Of a stretch of 64,000 bases of DNA, positions 1 through 13,319 are shown in pieces (the first letter of the stretch is position 1; the number at the start of each line of letters is the position of its first letter). This DNA is from Nemertoderma westbladi. Taxonomy: Eukaryota > Animalia > Xenacoelomorpha. The stretch covers positions 62,001-126,000 of the forward strand of contig JAUCBJ010006915.1 of NCBI GenBank assembly GCA_032718475.1, given 5' to 3'. The position numbers and the translations under genes were made by a program. The notes under the pieces are model-generated. The model was not told the origin of the DNA. It ran no database searches and saw only the letters and a list, made by a program, of their open reading frames with translations.

Positions 1-1710
1 TCAAAATGTCCAGTCGGTAGCAGACGTATGGTATCTTCCATCATCTCCAGTGACCGTTTCTCATCAGTGGACATGGCTAGGTCATATCCACCGGGTTCCA
101 TTGCGTCCCTATCCAGCCATTCGACGGTTCTGGCTCCTGTCTCGAGGTCCTGGCGTATCAATTCCTTCTGCAATTCCTCCTCACTGTATTGGAAAATGTC
201 TAGGTCTCGATATTTAGCCACTTGACCCTCCACTATGTTGGTATAAGTCAAAACGTTACTCAAATAGGTAGTGTGGGCCGCTGAACCAGACCCACAGGTC
301 TGATAACAGTAGTCCTCGGGTTCACTATCTGTCCGGTCGTTATGAAGTGGTTCCGACAACCTAACATTATCGGGAATCAACTCCTCGTCCGACTCGCTAA
401 AGTCACTATAGTGGTCAATACAGGTTCTCCTAAACTCGTCTATGTCTGGTGGTTCTACTAACGGTGGTTGAGTTATAGGCTGTAATTCGTCGTATCTATC
501 CATTGGCTTGTCGTCACCTGTAAACTCATAAGACATGGGTACTCGTGTATACCAACCTAATATAGTCCTATGGGCATGTGGTCCATTGACATGCGGCTCA
601 GCTGGTCTCGTTTCCCATATTTGGTGTGTGATCAGCTGTTCTGCACCAATTAACATAGAAACATTCCTATAACCTACCTGATGTCTGGGTATTCTGAGCT
701 TGTCAAAATACTCCTGTGCTATGGGACTCATGTCTGTCTACTGAGTTAAATGTCACAGTGGTCCTGTCATCGTCAAAACTTACCATAGACTTACCGGTAA
801 CAGGTTTAGACTCTCTCATATTCTCCTCTGAGAAGTTTGATTTCATCTCTGCTACTGCGTCTGTGGCTATCATGTCATGAATATGCTGAAGTGTCAATAC
901 TTTACCTTGGCCCTCCAACTTATTCTTTAATTTGCGCCATTTCTGTCTGTAACGCATGTTTAGACGTCTTATTACGCCTTTCAAGACTTCGGCGTGATCA
1001 CCATGATAAGGTAGATTCACCGTCCTCAAGATGTCCAATGCGTTCGAAATAGCGTTCGCTAAGTTCAACAGCTCTAACGGAGTTGTAATCCTTCCGCCCT
1101 TACCCAAGTCTTCCACTATCGACTGTGCCATCTTGGTTTTATTCCCGTAGAGGTCGCTAAGCGTCTTCATTGCCAACTCAAATGCCCTTTCATTGCCGAC
1201 GAAGTTGTCAGCAATGGCTCTAGGTTCTCGATGGAGCATCTGAAGCAAATAGTTGAACTTCTCGTTGGGAGTAAAGGTGCTGTTGGTCAGCTGCTCGTCG
1301 ACATAGGTTTTGAATGTCCTCCAGTGCTTGTGGTTACCCATAAACTTCTGGGGTTGTTGCGTCGGCAGTCCTTGCCTAGCAGCAAACTTACCTATGTCCC
1401 TAAGGGTTGCGTCGTTCCGGGTTAACAAATGGTTTAGTTCTGCAGGGTTGTTAAGTCTGGTCCTTTCCCGGGGATTGAGACTTACCTGCTCCGCGTCCGT
1501 CCTTCTTTCCTTATAGTTTCGGGACTTCTGACGTCTCATGTCTTCCTCTTCATCACTCGATTCTGTGTCAGTCCTTAGCGCTCGCGATGGTTTGCGTGCC
1601 GAGGCCCTGACCCAGGCTTCTTGAATAAACTTTTCGGCTGAGTTTTCGAAATCGGGATTATGGATATTCGGGACAGGCGTCCTTACCTGAGGTCTATGTG
1701 GTATGGGCTG
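1..1710 (-). mobile_element. BEL/Pao gag-pol, copy A (continues past the left edge, internally deleted)
   Basis: The reverse complement is nearly identical to about 6847-9420. It has a DUF1759-like motif (KFMGNHKHWRTFKTY...EKFNYLLQML). At about 733 it jumps from the sequence matching ~7797 to that matching ~8687, a deletion of about 0.9 kb covering the zinc knuckles and protease. Confidence 0.9.
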
Positions 1711-1915
1711 CTTCCTTTAACCGTAGGTTGCTAAGCATGTCTGCTATAGGTTGGATGTGCGGCGATATAGCTTGCGCTAAACTAGCACTTAACTCATCCC
1801 TCGTAATAAATTCCTGGCTAGGGTTCTGTTGTATAGTCGGCTCTATCTGAGTAATCCGCTGTCTCTCATATGATCCCTCTTCCGGTTTAACCCGGAAGTT
1901 CTCCGTCGAACTGGG

Positions 1916-3601
1916 TCAGCGCTCCGTCCGCGTATTCCAAACCCGCGGGTTCGGTTCGCCAAATACTCGGCCCGTCGGAGTTTCTCCTCTAAACTCTTCG
2001 TTGTCTCGTTCGGTGTATAGTGGTGCGGTGCGATGATACGCTGGATTCTGCGCGATAGGTGAAGCACTAATACCAACTGGTGTGTGATATGTAGAGAACG
2101 GTTTAGCGATCCGTGTACTCGTAATAGCTGGACCGGGTATGGGAATTCTGGTCGTCGTCGACTCGCGTATGGTCGGAGTTCTCGCTTCCTGTTTGGCCTT
2201 CTGCATCTGCAGTGCGAACAGTTCTCGCAACTCGGTCCCTACACTCGCCCCACATTCTTCGATCATTCGCATCCCCTTCTCGGCGATTTCATTCGCCTTC
2301 CTGGTCCGTTCTTCGCTCTCTAAACTTAATCTCGCACTTTCCAACTGCGCCAGTTTACGTTCTTCTTCTTCCCTCGCAAGTCTCGCTGCGCTCTCTTCTT
2401 CTAGTCGCGCCTTCTCTTCGTATAATGCGCGTCGCTCTTTCTCGATCTCGAGTTTGCGTTCTTTGCGCTCGCGTTCGAGATGGAACTCGCGTTTCTTCTG
2501 TTCGCGCTCGAATTGAAGTTCGCGTTCCTTTGCTTCCCGTTCGCGTTCAAGTTGGAGTTCGCGTTCTTTCTGTTTGCGTTCAAGTTGGAGTTCGCGTTCG
2601 AGCTGAAGTTCGCGTTCCTTCTGTTCGCGTTCGAGCTGAAGTTCACGTTCCTTCTGTTCGCGTTCCGCTCGCTCACGCTTACCTTTATCTTCCAACTCTC
2701 GCAACTTTGCGTCTAACTTACGTGTTCGCTCCCTTTCCCGCTCGGCTTCCTTCCGTGCTTGCGATGCACACAAAACTTCCGCCTGTTGTTCGTCCAGTCG
2801 GCGTCTTCTCTCCTCCGCCGAGTTGTGAGAAACAAGGGATCTAGCACATATAACTTTACCTCGCGCGTGACTAACCTGGGAATCGCCACTGTCTCTAGAT
2901 GCGTCATCGGGTGGAGTTAACGTTCTCTGTTGGATATTGTCCGTTGTTGGTAGCACCTGGCCCGGTACCACCACTCCACTCTGCATCAGCCAGATGGTAA
3001 CTTCCCGCTGATACCTGCGCCCTTCTTTATCCTGCATCTCTTCCCGCTCCACTAAGTTTCTTAACTCTGCGTCACTCACTTGGGTCGCCTGCGCTTGTGA
3101 TGCCCATAGCAGCCAGTTCTCCGTCCTAACTCGCCGAAATCGCTCCGATAACGTGCGGTGCTCCAACAAGGCTGCTAAAACCCTGTCGTAAATCCTCGTC
3201 GCCACGTCGCTCGACTGAGACTCTACTGCCTTCTTCGCTAGGACTGCAAGCTCCTCCATCTGTTTGAATAACGCTGAGTGGTATCCTCTTCTAATCTCTA
3301 CTAACCCTTCCCTTCTGATGTTCGCTGAGTCGGCTAACATCTTCCTTACCTTGTCCGCCGTCCGAATTATATGTCCAGCATGCGCGCGAAGTTTCTTCTT
3401 TATCGCGATATCAAGTTCTCTTTCGCTTACCTGACTCACACTTGGTGGACTTGAAGGATTATTTCGGGAACTACGGGTACTCCTAACAGCCGTTGGGACC
3501 ACGGCACTTACCATACCCACAGGTCTGGACGGCGGCAGGACCGCCTTCTCATAGCTGTCCTCTAATGCCTCCTTCTCTAAATAATATTTGCCTTCTGGCA
3601 A
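1916..3601 (-). CDS. BEL/Pao retrotransposon Gag N-terminal region (long coiled coil), copy A
   Basis: 561-aa ORF with an E/R/K-rich coiled coil and imperfect 11-aa repeats (EREQKERELQL). It lies directly upstream, on the same strand, of the DUF1759-like gag segment at 703-1539. Confidence 0.75.
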   Translation of the reverse strand: MPEGKYYLEKEALEDSYEKAVLPPSRPVGMVSAVVPTAVRSTRSSRNNPSSPPSVSQVSERELDIAIKKKLRAHAGHIIRTADKVRKMLADSANIRREGLVEIRRGYHSALFKQMEELAVLAKKAVESQSSDVATRIYDRVLAALLEHRTLSERFRRVRTENWLLWASQAQATQVSDAELRNLVEREEMQDKEGRRYQREVTIWLMQSGVVVPGQVLPTTDNIQQRTLTPPDDASRDSGDSQVSHARGKVICARSLVSHNSAEERRRRLDEQQAEVLCASQARKEAERERERTRKLDAKLRELEDKGKRERAEREQKERELQLEREQKERELQLERELQLERKQKERELQLEREREAKERELQFEREQKKREFHLERERKERKLEIEKERRALYEEKARLEEESAARLAREEEERKLAQLESARLSLESEERTRKANEIAEKGMRMIEECGASVGTELRELFALQMQKAKQEARTPTIRESTTTRIPIPGPAITSTRIAKPFSTYHTPVGISASPIAQNPAYHRTAPLYTERDNEEFRGETPTGRVFGEPNPRVWNTRTER

Positions 3602-6420
3602 AAATATCTTGCAAAAGTTCGAGATATATATATAATTTAATCGAAAATACGATTAAATTTTTTGTCAATATCTAATTTGTCCAAAACGTCAAAATAAATT
3701 CGCAATGCAATATTGTGAATTTAATAGGATCTAATTTTAGCAAATACTAGTACAATATTTAAACAAAATATTATTCTATAGTTATTATATAGTATTTAAA
3801 TACCGGTATGACACAAATAATTTTTTGAATCTAATACAAAATATTCAAAATAAACTTGCCACCCGAATATTTCTAATTTTACATAAATAACTCTAATCAA
3901 CGCAATTTTAATTTCAAATATTATATGTATCCACTAGCGCGTGGCTACATCTTCGGGTTGCGACTCTCTCTCTCTCTAACTCGAGCGATTCAAAAACCCA
4001 TGGTCGGCTAAACCTAACTATCCTAACTAATAAATTGAGTTCAGCTTTGCAGTTAAACAACCGATAATTTTTTACTGCTTCCACAAACACAATGGTGCCA
4101 ACAGAACAACTAACCTTGTTTGCTGTGAGATTCCACGTCCGCGTCCAAAGTTTCAGTCCTTTCGCTGATTGCAAACCGAACCCGCAGACCCACACGAACC
4201 CCAAACTCAGAAGCTCCGTCTTGCCATGTATCTCCAGATGGTATAAAATAACTAAGCGGTTATCCAACATACCGGTACAAAACTCTAGATTTTATTACAA
4301 ATAATTTTGACCAAAACTAAATTCTCACAAACCTAGCTAAAATATTTTCAAAAAACTTACTAATTACGGCCCGCCCTAACGGCCTAAGGAACCGCTGTAT
4401 TTGCGATTAGTAAACGCACTACCGTATATCCACTGTACGCAATACAGTAAGTAAAACAGTACACCAACCTAACAGCCTAATGAATACTGTGTGCGGTACA
4501 GCAAAACAAATATCTTTTCTACTTGTACGCAGTAACAGCAATCAGCCTAATGTACTACTGTACTATTGTACGCGACCAGTGAATACAGTAATCTAAACTA
4601 ACAGCCTAAAAGAATACACTCGATGTTCTACCGTACGCAGTACAGTGCCTAATACAGTAATCTAATTCGTATTTACTGTACGCAGTACAGCAAACAAAGC
4701 GTCCTTTACTGTTAAACGAACTACCCCAGCCTAACCAATAAAGACACAAAACTGCTCTATTTACTAGACGGGGCAATCAGGAGCGTATAATTACTAATGT
4801 AGGGTTTCAGGTACGGAAAACCACTACTTCCCATTGGATGGCGCTAGTCTACCGTCCGCTAATATATTTTACTAAATTTCTACGACTCCTTCTAAATTCT
4901 CGTTCCTTTCTCTACCAATTGCTCGATAGAGAGCTAACTGTTCGAATATATGAGCCACACGGGAATAACCAAAACAATAAACCCGAATCGGCTCCCTAAG
5001 CTGACTTAAAACGAGTGTGAGAGATTTTACACTCAGAGTGTATTCTATAGCCTAATATTTCTGTAAATTTGCGCTTACAACTATGTCCCTTCTAATCGCA
5101 TCTAATCGCAATACTGGGGTTCCCTAACGGAATGTGTGAATGTGAGAATATTTAAAATAATCGAAAATCGGTACGGCAATTATTTCGGGACTCAAACTTA
5201 TCTGCGGCTGGCTTTAGGCCAGCAATTTACTGATGCGCGCTGCGTACTGTATACTACGATGTGAATTTTGTCCGCTAATTCAAATAACCGCCCAGCGTGA
5301 ATAGTGTACGGTACTCTAAATTTATTACCTAACTACCCTCCGCTATGCAGCGTACGAATTCCTAATTTTACTAATTAATTTCAGTCACAAATATGTAACG
5401 GCGTACTAATTACTAAGTATTCCAGAATGCGCAATTCTAAATTATCACGCAACGGGTCACACTAGCAACAGCCTAAAATACCGTATTATTTTCGACCTAA
5501 TCAGAAATTAATTACAGTAAGCTAAGAAATAGAAATCAATCAAAGGGGAAAAGAGTGCCTATCCAAGCATTCGTGATTCATTAGGCACACTTTAGTAACA
5601 CACCAATCAGCATAACAACAATCGCAATCTACAGTTTAGCTAGCAATTCACAACTCGCAACGTAAAGGACGCAGATCTCTCCCGGCTACGTCTAGGCTTC
5701 CTAACTAACCCAATTCCTGTCCCCCTAATACTACAAAATAGAGACAAAACCTGGATCATCAGCCCCCAATTGCCGAGCCGGCGTACCTGACCCACTCTAC
5801 GCTGCAAACTTGCGCGCGCAATAGTAATCCCCCCAATGTTGCTTGTCTTTGAATCCTCCGCACTCCCGTCGTCGCTAACCCCCCGATGCGCCCGCCGCGC
5901 TTACCGGTACCCTAGCCCTCCATCATAATGAGTAGCTACCGTAGCGGCACATGCAAATCACAAAAGTCTGACAGTCTGAGAAATCCCGTAGGATTATTGT
6001 CGAAAGGAATCACATAGAACCATTTACTAAAGGGTAGAAATCATAGTTCCAACTTGTAATTAACAGCTATCATTGAGATTGATTGAGAAAACACAAACAA
6101 GAATCAAACAGAAATTGCAAATTTACGAATCATTGCAAGAAATCAAAAGGGGCAGTAATTTACACAGAAAAACTAAGCATCGAATAATAGTTGAAGGTGA
6201 GCTGTTGAGATAACAAGGATTGGTATGACTAATGGGTAAGGTGAAGTAACAATGGAAGTAGGCCAATTTATAGGTGATTTGAGAAGGGTGATGCAATCGA
6301 TCTCTCATTGGCTCCCCAATCCGAGCTAACACTAGACCAACCTGGAAGCAGTTAGGCCAATAAGAGAGCCGGATTGTGAACCTTTGCTCCCTGAAATCGT
6401 AAATTGCCACCATATAAGGT
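3602..6420 (-). other. Probable long 5' leader/LTR region of BEL copy A
   Basis: Non-coding sequence upstream of gag with recurring (c)tgtacgcagtacag-like motifs at about 4430-4690. LTR boundaries and PBS could not be fixed. Confidence 0.35.
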
Positions 6421-6704
6421 AATTTTCCCGATGCTTAATTTGGCGGTACTAATAATATCATGCACAAATATAAATTTAGCGCAATTATAGTGAAATTAAA
6501 ACCAGTAGCTAGCCTCATCAAGGCTAATAACGGCAAGCCCAGATCCAGGGTCCAACAAGGACTTGCTACCCTGGAACTATCTACTTATATCCTATTACAA
6601 AACTACATAGGTAGGGCTACATACTATACAAAATTGATGAGTCAAAATATATGGGCGTTTCAATTTCCTTATCTAAATATTATTGCGCATTATGTCTTAT
6701 CTAA

Positions 6705-6812
6705 ATAATTATACTGCATCACGGACTAATATATGATACTATATAATGAACTAATATATTATACTGTATAATGGACTAACATTATTATACTGTATAACGG
6801 ACTAATATATTA
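6705..6812. repeat. Short imperfect tandem repeat (ttatactgtataatggactaata-like)
   Basis: About four degenerate copies directly before the start of BEL copy B. Confidence 0.6.
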
Positions 6813-6846
6813 CATAATGTAGGTACAGCGCCATATACCGCAACAA

Positions 6847-9800
6847 TACCACATAGACCTCAGGTAAGGACGCCTGTCCCTACGATACATAATCCCAATT
6901 TCGAAAACTCAGCTGAGAAATTTATACAAGAGGCTTGGATCAGGGCCTCGGCGCGCAAACCATCGCGAGCGCTAAGGACTGACACCGAATCAAGTGATGA
7001 AGAGGAAGACATGAGACGTCAGAAGTCCCGAAACTGTAAGGAAGGAAGGACGGACGCGGAGCAGGTAAGTCTCAATCCCTGGGAAAGGACCAGACTTAAC
7101 AACCCTGCAGAACTAAACCATTTGTTAACCCGGAACGACGCAACCCTTAGGGACATAGGTAAGTTTGCTGCTAGGCAAGGACTGCCGACGCAACAACCCC
7201 AGAAGCTGGAGGACCTTTAAAACCTATGTCGACGAGCAGCTAACCAACAGCACCTTTACTCCCAATGAGAAGTTCAACTATTTGCTTCAGATGCTCCATC
7301 GAGAACCTAGAGCCATTGCTGACAACTTTGTTGGCAATGAAAGAGCATTCGAGTTAGCAATGAAGACGCGTAGTGATATCTACGGGAATAAAACCAAGAT
7401 GGCACAGTCGATAGTAGAAGACTTGGGTAAGGGCGGAAGGATTACAACTCCGTTAGAGCTGTTGAACTTAGCGAACGCTATTTCGAACGCATTGGACATC
7501 TTGAGGACGGTGAATCTACCTCATCATGGTGATCACGCCGAAGTTTTAAAGAGCGTAATAAGACGTTTAAACATGCGTTACAGACAGAAATGGTGCAAAT
7601 TAGAGAATAAGTTGGAGGGCCAAGGTAAAGTATTGACACTTCAGCATATTCATGACATGATAGCCACAGACGCAGTAGCAGAGATGAAATCAAACTTCTC
7701 AGAGGAGAATATGAGAGGGTCTAAACCTGTTACCGGTAAGTCTATGGTAAGTTTTGACGATGACAGGTCCACTGTGACATTTAACTCAGTAGACAGATAT
7801 AATTCGAGTACCCCAGCCTTTAGATCAGACTCGCGAGAATGGTCAGGTGAACGGTTAGATAGACCTAGATTAAAGCAACAGGAGTTGCCGGATGGATTTG
7901 TAGGTTGCCAATACTGTTTACTAAAGGAGGTAAGATCTGACGACCATAAGTTAGATAGTTGCAGACGGTTCAAAGAATTAAATTCGGAACAGAGAAGAGT
8001 TCAAGTGCGGATGTTGGACACCTGTTGGGCATGTCTTGCGCCAGGTCATGTACGGCGGCAGTGCCCGAGCAGCAAGGACGGATGCATGGAATGCGGCAGA
8101 CTACACCACAAGTTGCTACATGCGGATTTCCACACCCCAACGGACCGTTACTTACAGCGAAATCCTCAAAGGAAGGGGAGCAAAGAACCCGTATCGATAA
8201 GAAGGAATACGTACACCAGCATTCAGGACGATGGTTACCAACCAGGTTCGTCGGACGAGGATGGCGAGTCGAGCACAAGAGAGGTGACCTGCCAAGGTTT
8301 CACCGCGGATAGTTCATCGACCAGCGCGCGGACGTATTTATCATCGGCCACGTTGGAAATATTTAGCGTGATTCCGGTGAAACTTACTGGCGATAAGGGA
8401 TCTAAGCGAATATATGTAATGTTGGACACTGCGTCCACATTATCGTATATCGATGAGGAAGTGGCGAGAGCTGTTTCTAGCTTCCAGGACGCAGAGGAGA
8501 TACAAATAGAGTTGAAGTCTATGCATGGAGTAGGGGACCTCAAGGGACACAGAATTTCGGTAGAACTAGACTCCCTACTTCCGAGAGACCAACATACTCG
8601 ACAAGAACGGAAAGCTTTGCCATTGGACGGATTTAAGTGTTTAGCTATGAAGGGGTTCAGCAGGCAGTTAGGTAAGGTGCCGCCGATGAGTCCCATAGCA
8701 CAGGAGTATTTTGACAAGCTCAGAGTACCCAGACACCAGGTAGGTTATAGGAATGTTTCTATGTTGATTGGTGCAGAACATCTGATCGCACACCAAATAT
8801 GGGAAACGAGACCAGCTGAGCCGCATGTCAATGGACCACATGCCCATAGGACTATACTAGGTTGGTATACAAGAGTACCCATGTCTTATGAGTTTACAGG
8901 TGGCGACAAGCCAATAGATAGATACGACGAATTACAGCCTATAACTCAACCACCGTTAGTAGAACCACCAGACATAGACGAGTTTAGGAGAACCTGTATT
9001 GACCACTATAGTGACTTTAGCGAGTCGGACGAGGAGTTGATTCCCGATAATGTTAGGTTGGCGGAACCACTTCATAACGACCGGACAGATAGTTAACCCG
9101 AGGACTACTGTTATCAGACCCGTGGGTCTGGTTCAGTGGCCCACGCTACCTATTTGAGTAACGTTTTGACTTATACCGATATAGTGGAGGGTCAAGTGGC
9201 TAAATATCGAGACCTCGACATTTTCCAATACAGTGAGGAGGAATTGCAGAAGGAATTGATACGCCAGGACCTCGAGACAGGAGCCAGAACCGTCGAATGG
9301 CTGGATAGGGACGCAATGGAACCCGGTGGATATTACCTAGCCATGTCCACTGACGAGAAACGGTCACTGGAGATGATGGAAGACACCATACGTCTGCTAC
9401 CGACTGGACATTTTGAAGTTGGAATGTTGTGGCGTCGACAACCTCCTAAGTTGGAGAACAACTACAGCTTAGCCTTGAAAAGATTGAACGGAGTAAGGGC
9501 TCGGTTGTTGAAGAATCCGGACATTAGGGAGAAGTATTGCGCCCAGATCAACAACTATTTTGCCAAGGGATTTGCTGGGAAGGTAGAGGACCCTGACTTA
9601 GTGACAGACCAGACTTACTACCTCCCACACCACTATGTGACTCACCCTGACAAACCTGACAAGGTCCGATAGCAGTCTATAGAGGTATGTCCCTGAATTC
9701 AGAGTTGATGGATAGTCCCAACCTGAATAATTATTTGATAGGAATATTGTTGCGTTTTAGACAGCGGCGATTCGCATTTACTTGTGACATCGAGGCGATG

Positions 9801-12637
9801 TTCCACCAGGTAAGAGCCTGTAAGGCAGACCAGGATAGTCTTCGATTTCTCTGGTACAAGAATGAAGACTTATCCGGCCCAGTGGTTACATACCAAATGT
9901 ACGTTAGGATATTTGGTGCCGCGATAGTCCGAATGGCACGCTGTTTGTTCTAAAGAAAATGGCAACAGCCCAGATTGGTAAGTATCCAGTAGAAGTGATC
10001 GAGTCCATCTTGAGAAACTTCTACATGGACGACGGATTGGTGTCCAAGGACACGACAGAACAAGCCATAGAAGTGGCTCACGGCTGCAGGAGTGCTTGGC
10101 TACAGGGGGTTTCCCTCTGACCCAGTTCACTACGAACTCGGAGGCCCTATTAGAATCGTTCCCGGTAAAAGATCGCGGGAGCGGAGACATAGAATTGGGG
10201 GTAGAACCCATCCCCATGGCGCGAGTACTGGGACTCGCTTGGAACCCGAACACGGATAAATTCCAGGTAAGAGTTAGGTTTGAGCCCAGTAGCCCAGACA
10301 AAGTTTTGACAAAGAGAATTTGCTTATCGACTTTAAGTAGACTATTTGACCCGATGAACTTTATCTGTCCGGTAATATTACAGGCACGAGCGTGCATGAG
10401 GAAAATTTGGTTATCCGACCTAGAGTGGACGAACCAATATCTCCTATACATGCAAAGCAGTGGAGAGAGTGGGAAGCCGAGTTACATCTATTGAAAAATA
10501 TAGATGTACCCCGTTCCTACTTTCCGAATCAGCTGGTATTCCCAGCTGATCTCGAACTCCATTTATTCAGTGACGCAAGTGACACCAGCTTTGGTATGGT
10601 AGCCTACCTTCGCCGAGAGGTGAGTCAATATAAATTTGAGACGGCCTTTGTGACTTCTAGATCAAAGACAATGCCGGTCAAATACATGACTGTCCCTCGT
10701 GCAGAGTTACAGGCGGCTGTAGTTTCAGTCGAGGTAAGTAAGCAGATAATTGAGGAGTTAGACACGACATTGACCTTATTCTATTGGACGGACGCATCCT
10801 TAGTGTTAGTATATATTGCGGCCGACAATATTGCACTAAAGACATTTGTGGCCAACAGACGCGCTCAGATCGTCGACTTTTCGACGAAGGAACAATGGAG
10901 ACATTGTCCGGGAGTGTTAAACCCGGCCGACATAACTTCGAGAGGTGCAATGCCGGCGGAATTCTGTCAGGAAGAGTCGCAGGAGTTTTGGTTGCATGGA
11001 CCTGATTTTCTAACGAGGACACAGGAACATTGGCCAGAGCGACTAAAGATAGTGACCAATCCGATGCCTGAAGATGCAGAAGTCAAGGTGGAGAAAGTCT
11101 CTAAGTCAAAGTCTAAAGCCAAACTTAAGTCATTGCAGCGGCCTGAAGAGTCATTGGAGCGGCCCGGAGACCTGTCAGACCAACAGACTTACGTGACTAC
11201 TAGGTCCGGAAAGGTAAGTTATGACATAAAACCACCCTTACAGACTAAACCAGAGTCACAATTGGTAAGTGACGGACAGAAAATGACCGACACAATGGAG
11301 CCTTTGGTTTCCAAACCTGCGGGTTTGGATTCGAAACTTCCATTAATTAGCGGACAACCGTCGCTGGCATTAGAGCCATGTAGTATTTTTGACAAATTAC
11401 TAAATTCGTCTGCCTCTTGGCTGACAATTTGTAAAAGAACTGCGTGGTTAAGCCGATACATTTCGTACCTTTGTATAAAACATTTGAAACATTTGGGAGA
11501 ACAATTGAGCGCTAATAGTAAGCGAATTCAGAAATTGAAACAACCTCTGACAGAGGATGAGATTGATCAAGCGGAATTAAAGCATTTGAAACATTATCAA
11601 ATGTGTGCCATCCCGAAAGAATTCCATCTATTATCGGCTCAACGACCAGTTCTCTATAAACCCCTTAGAAAATGGAGTCCATTAATCCATAAGGGTTTAA
11701 TTTGTCATAGATCGAGAATCCAGACTGTCGACATAAATTCACAGTTTAGGTTCCCAGTGAGAATCCCTAGTCTAGTCACCCAATAGAATTGCAAAGAGCG
11801 ATTCTATGGGATATACACAAGAGGTTGCATCACGCGGGAAAGTTACACTGTTTGTCGGCAGCGAGACAGCGATTCATTCTATTGCAGCCAAGCAGGGCAG
11901 TAGGCACTATGTATGACGCCTGTCTGGTTTGCAAGAGGGTGAACGCCAGAGTATTGGAACAGGAGATGGCTGAACTCCCGGAAGCGAGAGTGCAGGCATA
12001 TGACCCACCCTTTACGAACACAGGGGTGGATTGTTTTGGTCCGATTGAGGCAAAGAGTGGACGGCTGACCCACAAACGATGGGGCCTGTTACTGCCATGT
12101 ATGGCTAGTAGAGCCATACATATTGAGCGTGTGGCAGACATGTCGACCAAATCTCTGCTCCTGGCCTTAAAGAGATTTATGGCCAGGAGAGGACTAGTAA
12201 AGGCGTTCTACTCCGATAAGGGTACAAACTTTGTCGGAGGGAACAGCGAGTTGAACGCGGCTCATAAGGCGGCACAGAATAAAGAAATTTCTGCAGCACT
12301 TTTGCCGCAAAGAATAGAATGGAGATTTAATACTCCAGAAAGTCCTTGGAGAGGAGGAAGTTGGGAGCGTTTAGTTCGCTCTGTAAAGCAGGCCATTGCC
12401 AAGACGTTGCCTGTAAACAAACAACTTACCGATGATGAACTGGTCACAGCTTTCATCGAAATCGAGCATACACTAAACTCGAGGCCGATAGCTATGTTGC
12501 CAGACGGTGTTGCATTAACGCCGAATCATTTGCTAATGCAGAGTCCAGCATTTCTTGTGCCGGCATCAGAACCCATTAGTGCCGACCTATATAGTCGTAA
12601 AAGCTGGAAAGTACCTAAAGAGGTGAGGTCTCTATAG
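6847..12637 (+). mobile_element. BEL/Pao LTR retrotransposon copy B, degraded gag-PR-RT-RH-IN, truncated at both ends
   Basis: DUF1759-like gag; knuckles CQYC..H..C, CWACLAPGHVRRQC and CMECGRLHHKLLH; protease MLDTASTLSYI; RT YYLPHH, CDIEAMFHQV and FYMDD (ttctacatggacgac at ~10019); RNase H LHLFSDAS and FYWTDA; integrase HxxxH..CLVC, GVDCFGP, YSDKGTNF and GGSWERLV. Several stops and frameshifts, including a 20-bp deletion at ~7206 relative to copy A. Confidence 0.93.
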
Positions 12638-12639
12638 GG

Positions 12640-13319
12640 GTGCTTTCAACAGGCGGCGGCGGACTCGTGAGGGTCTGGGGGCACGTTAGTAGTATATATT
12701 AGTAGCCCCCCACATCAAGGTCACCCATAGCCCAGTATTACCATCCATTTCTAGTACTGCATCCAATCAGAAGCCACCATTTCAACCTTTACCAATGGTC
12801 GTTATTATTTCAACCAATCAGATGCCAGCATTTCATTCGTAACCATGGTAACTTCTCAAGTTCCCGCTTATTCCGCTAGAGGCGTTATTAGTCACCCAAC
12901 GCTAGTACTGCATCCAATCACCAACCTTTATTTTACAGGTGTTCGGGTGTCTACACTTAGCATCAGGTAACGTCTACTATTTTTCAAATCGCTATTTTTC
13001 AGCAACCAGTATTTTCATATTCACCAACCTTTATTTTACAGGCGCTACGAGTGTCTACAGGTAACGTCTACTATTTTTCATTTTCGCTATTTTTCACCAA
13101 CCATTGCATATTCATCTTCGCGTAGCCTAACCTCACGATGCATGGCTAGCCCCCAACCCATCGCTACTCGATCCACGGCTGTTACCCACCCAGCCACCCA
13201 CCAACCAACCAACCAACAGCGATGCTTGCCTAACCCTACGGTTATTCCCCTTTTCGCCACGCTACCACCACCAGCACCACCAGCACCACCACCACTGTAT
13301 ACTGTATATGGTGACGACA
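12640..13319. repeat. LTR-like non-coding unit with internal direct repeats
   Basis: Duplicated blocks ctagtactgcatccaatca (12751, 12902), tcaccaacctttatttt(t)acagg (~12918, 13021) and caggtaacgtctactatttttca (twice). It ends in ...gacgaca. No partner LTR was seen. Confidence 0.35.

Noticed and set aside
2084-2907. Cluster of overlapping ORFs on both strands
   Set aside because: They are shadow frames of the repetitive coiled-coil part of BEL gag.
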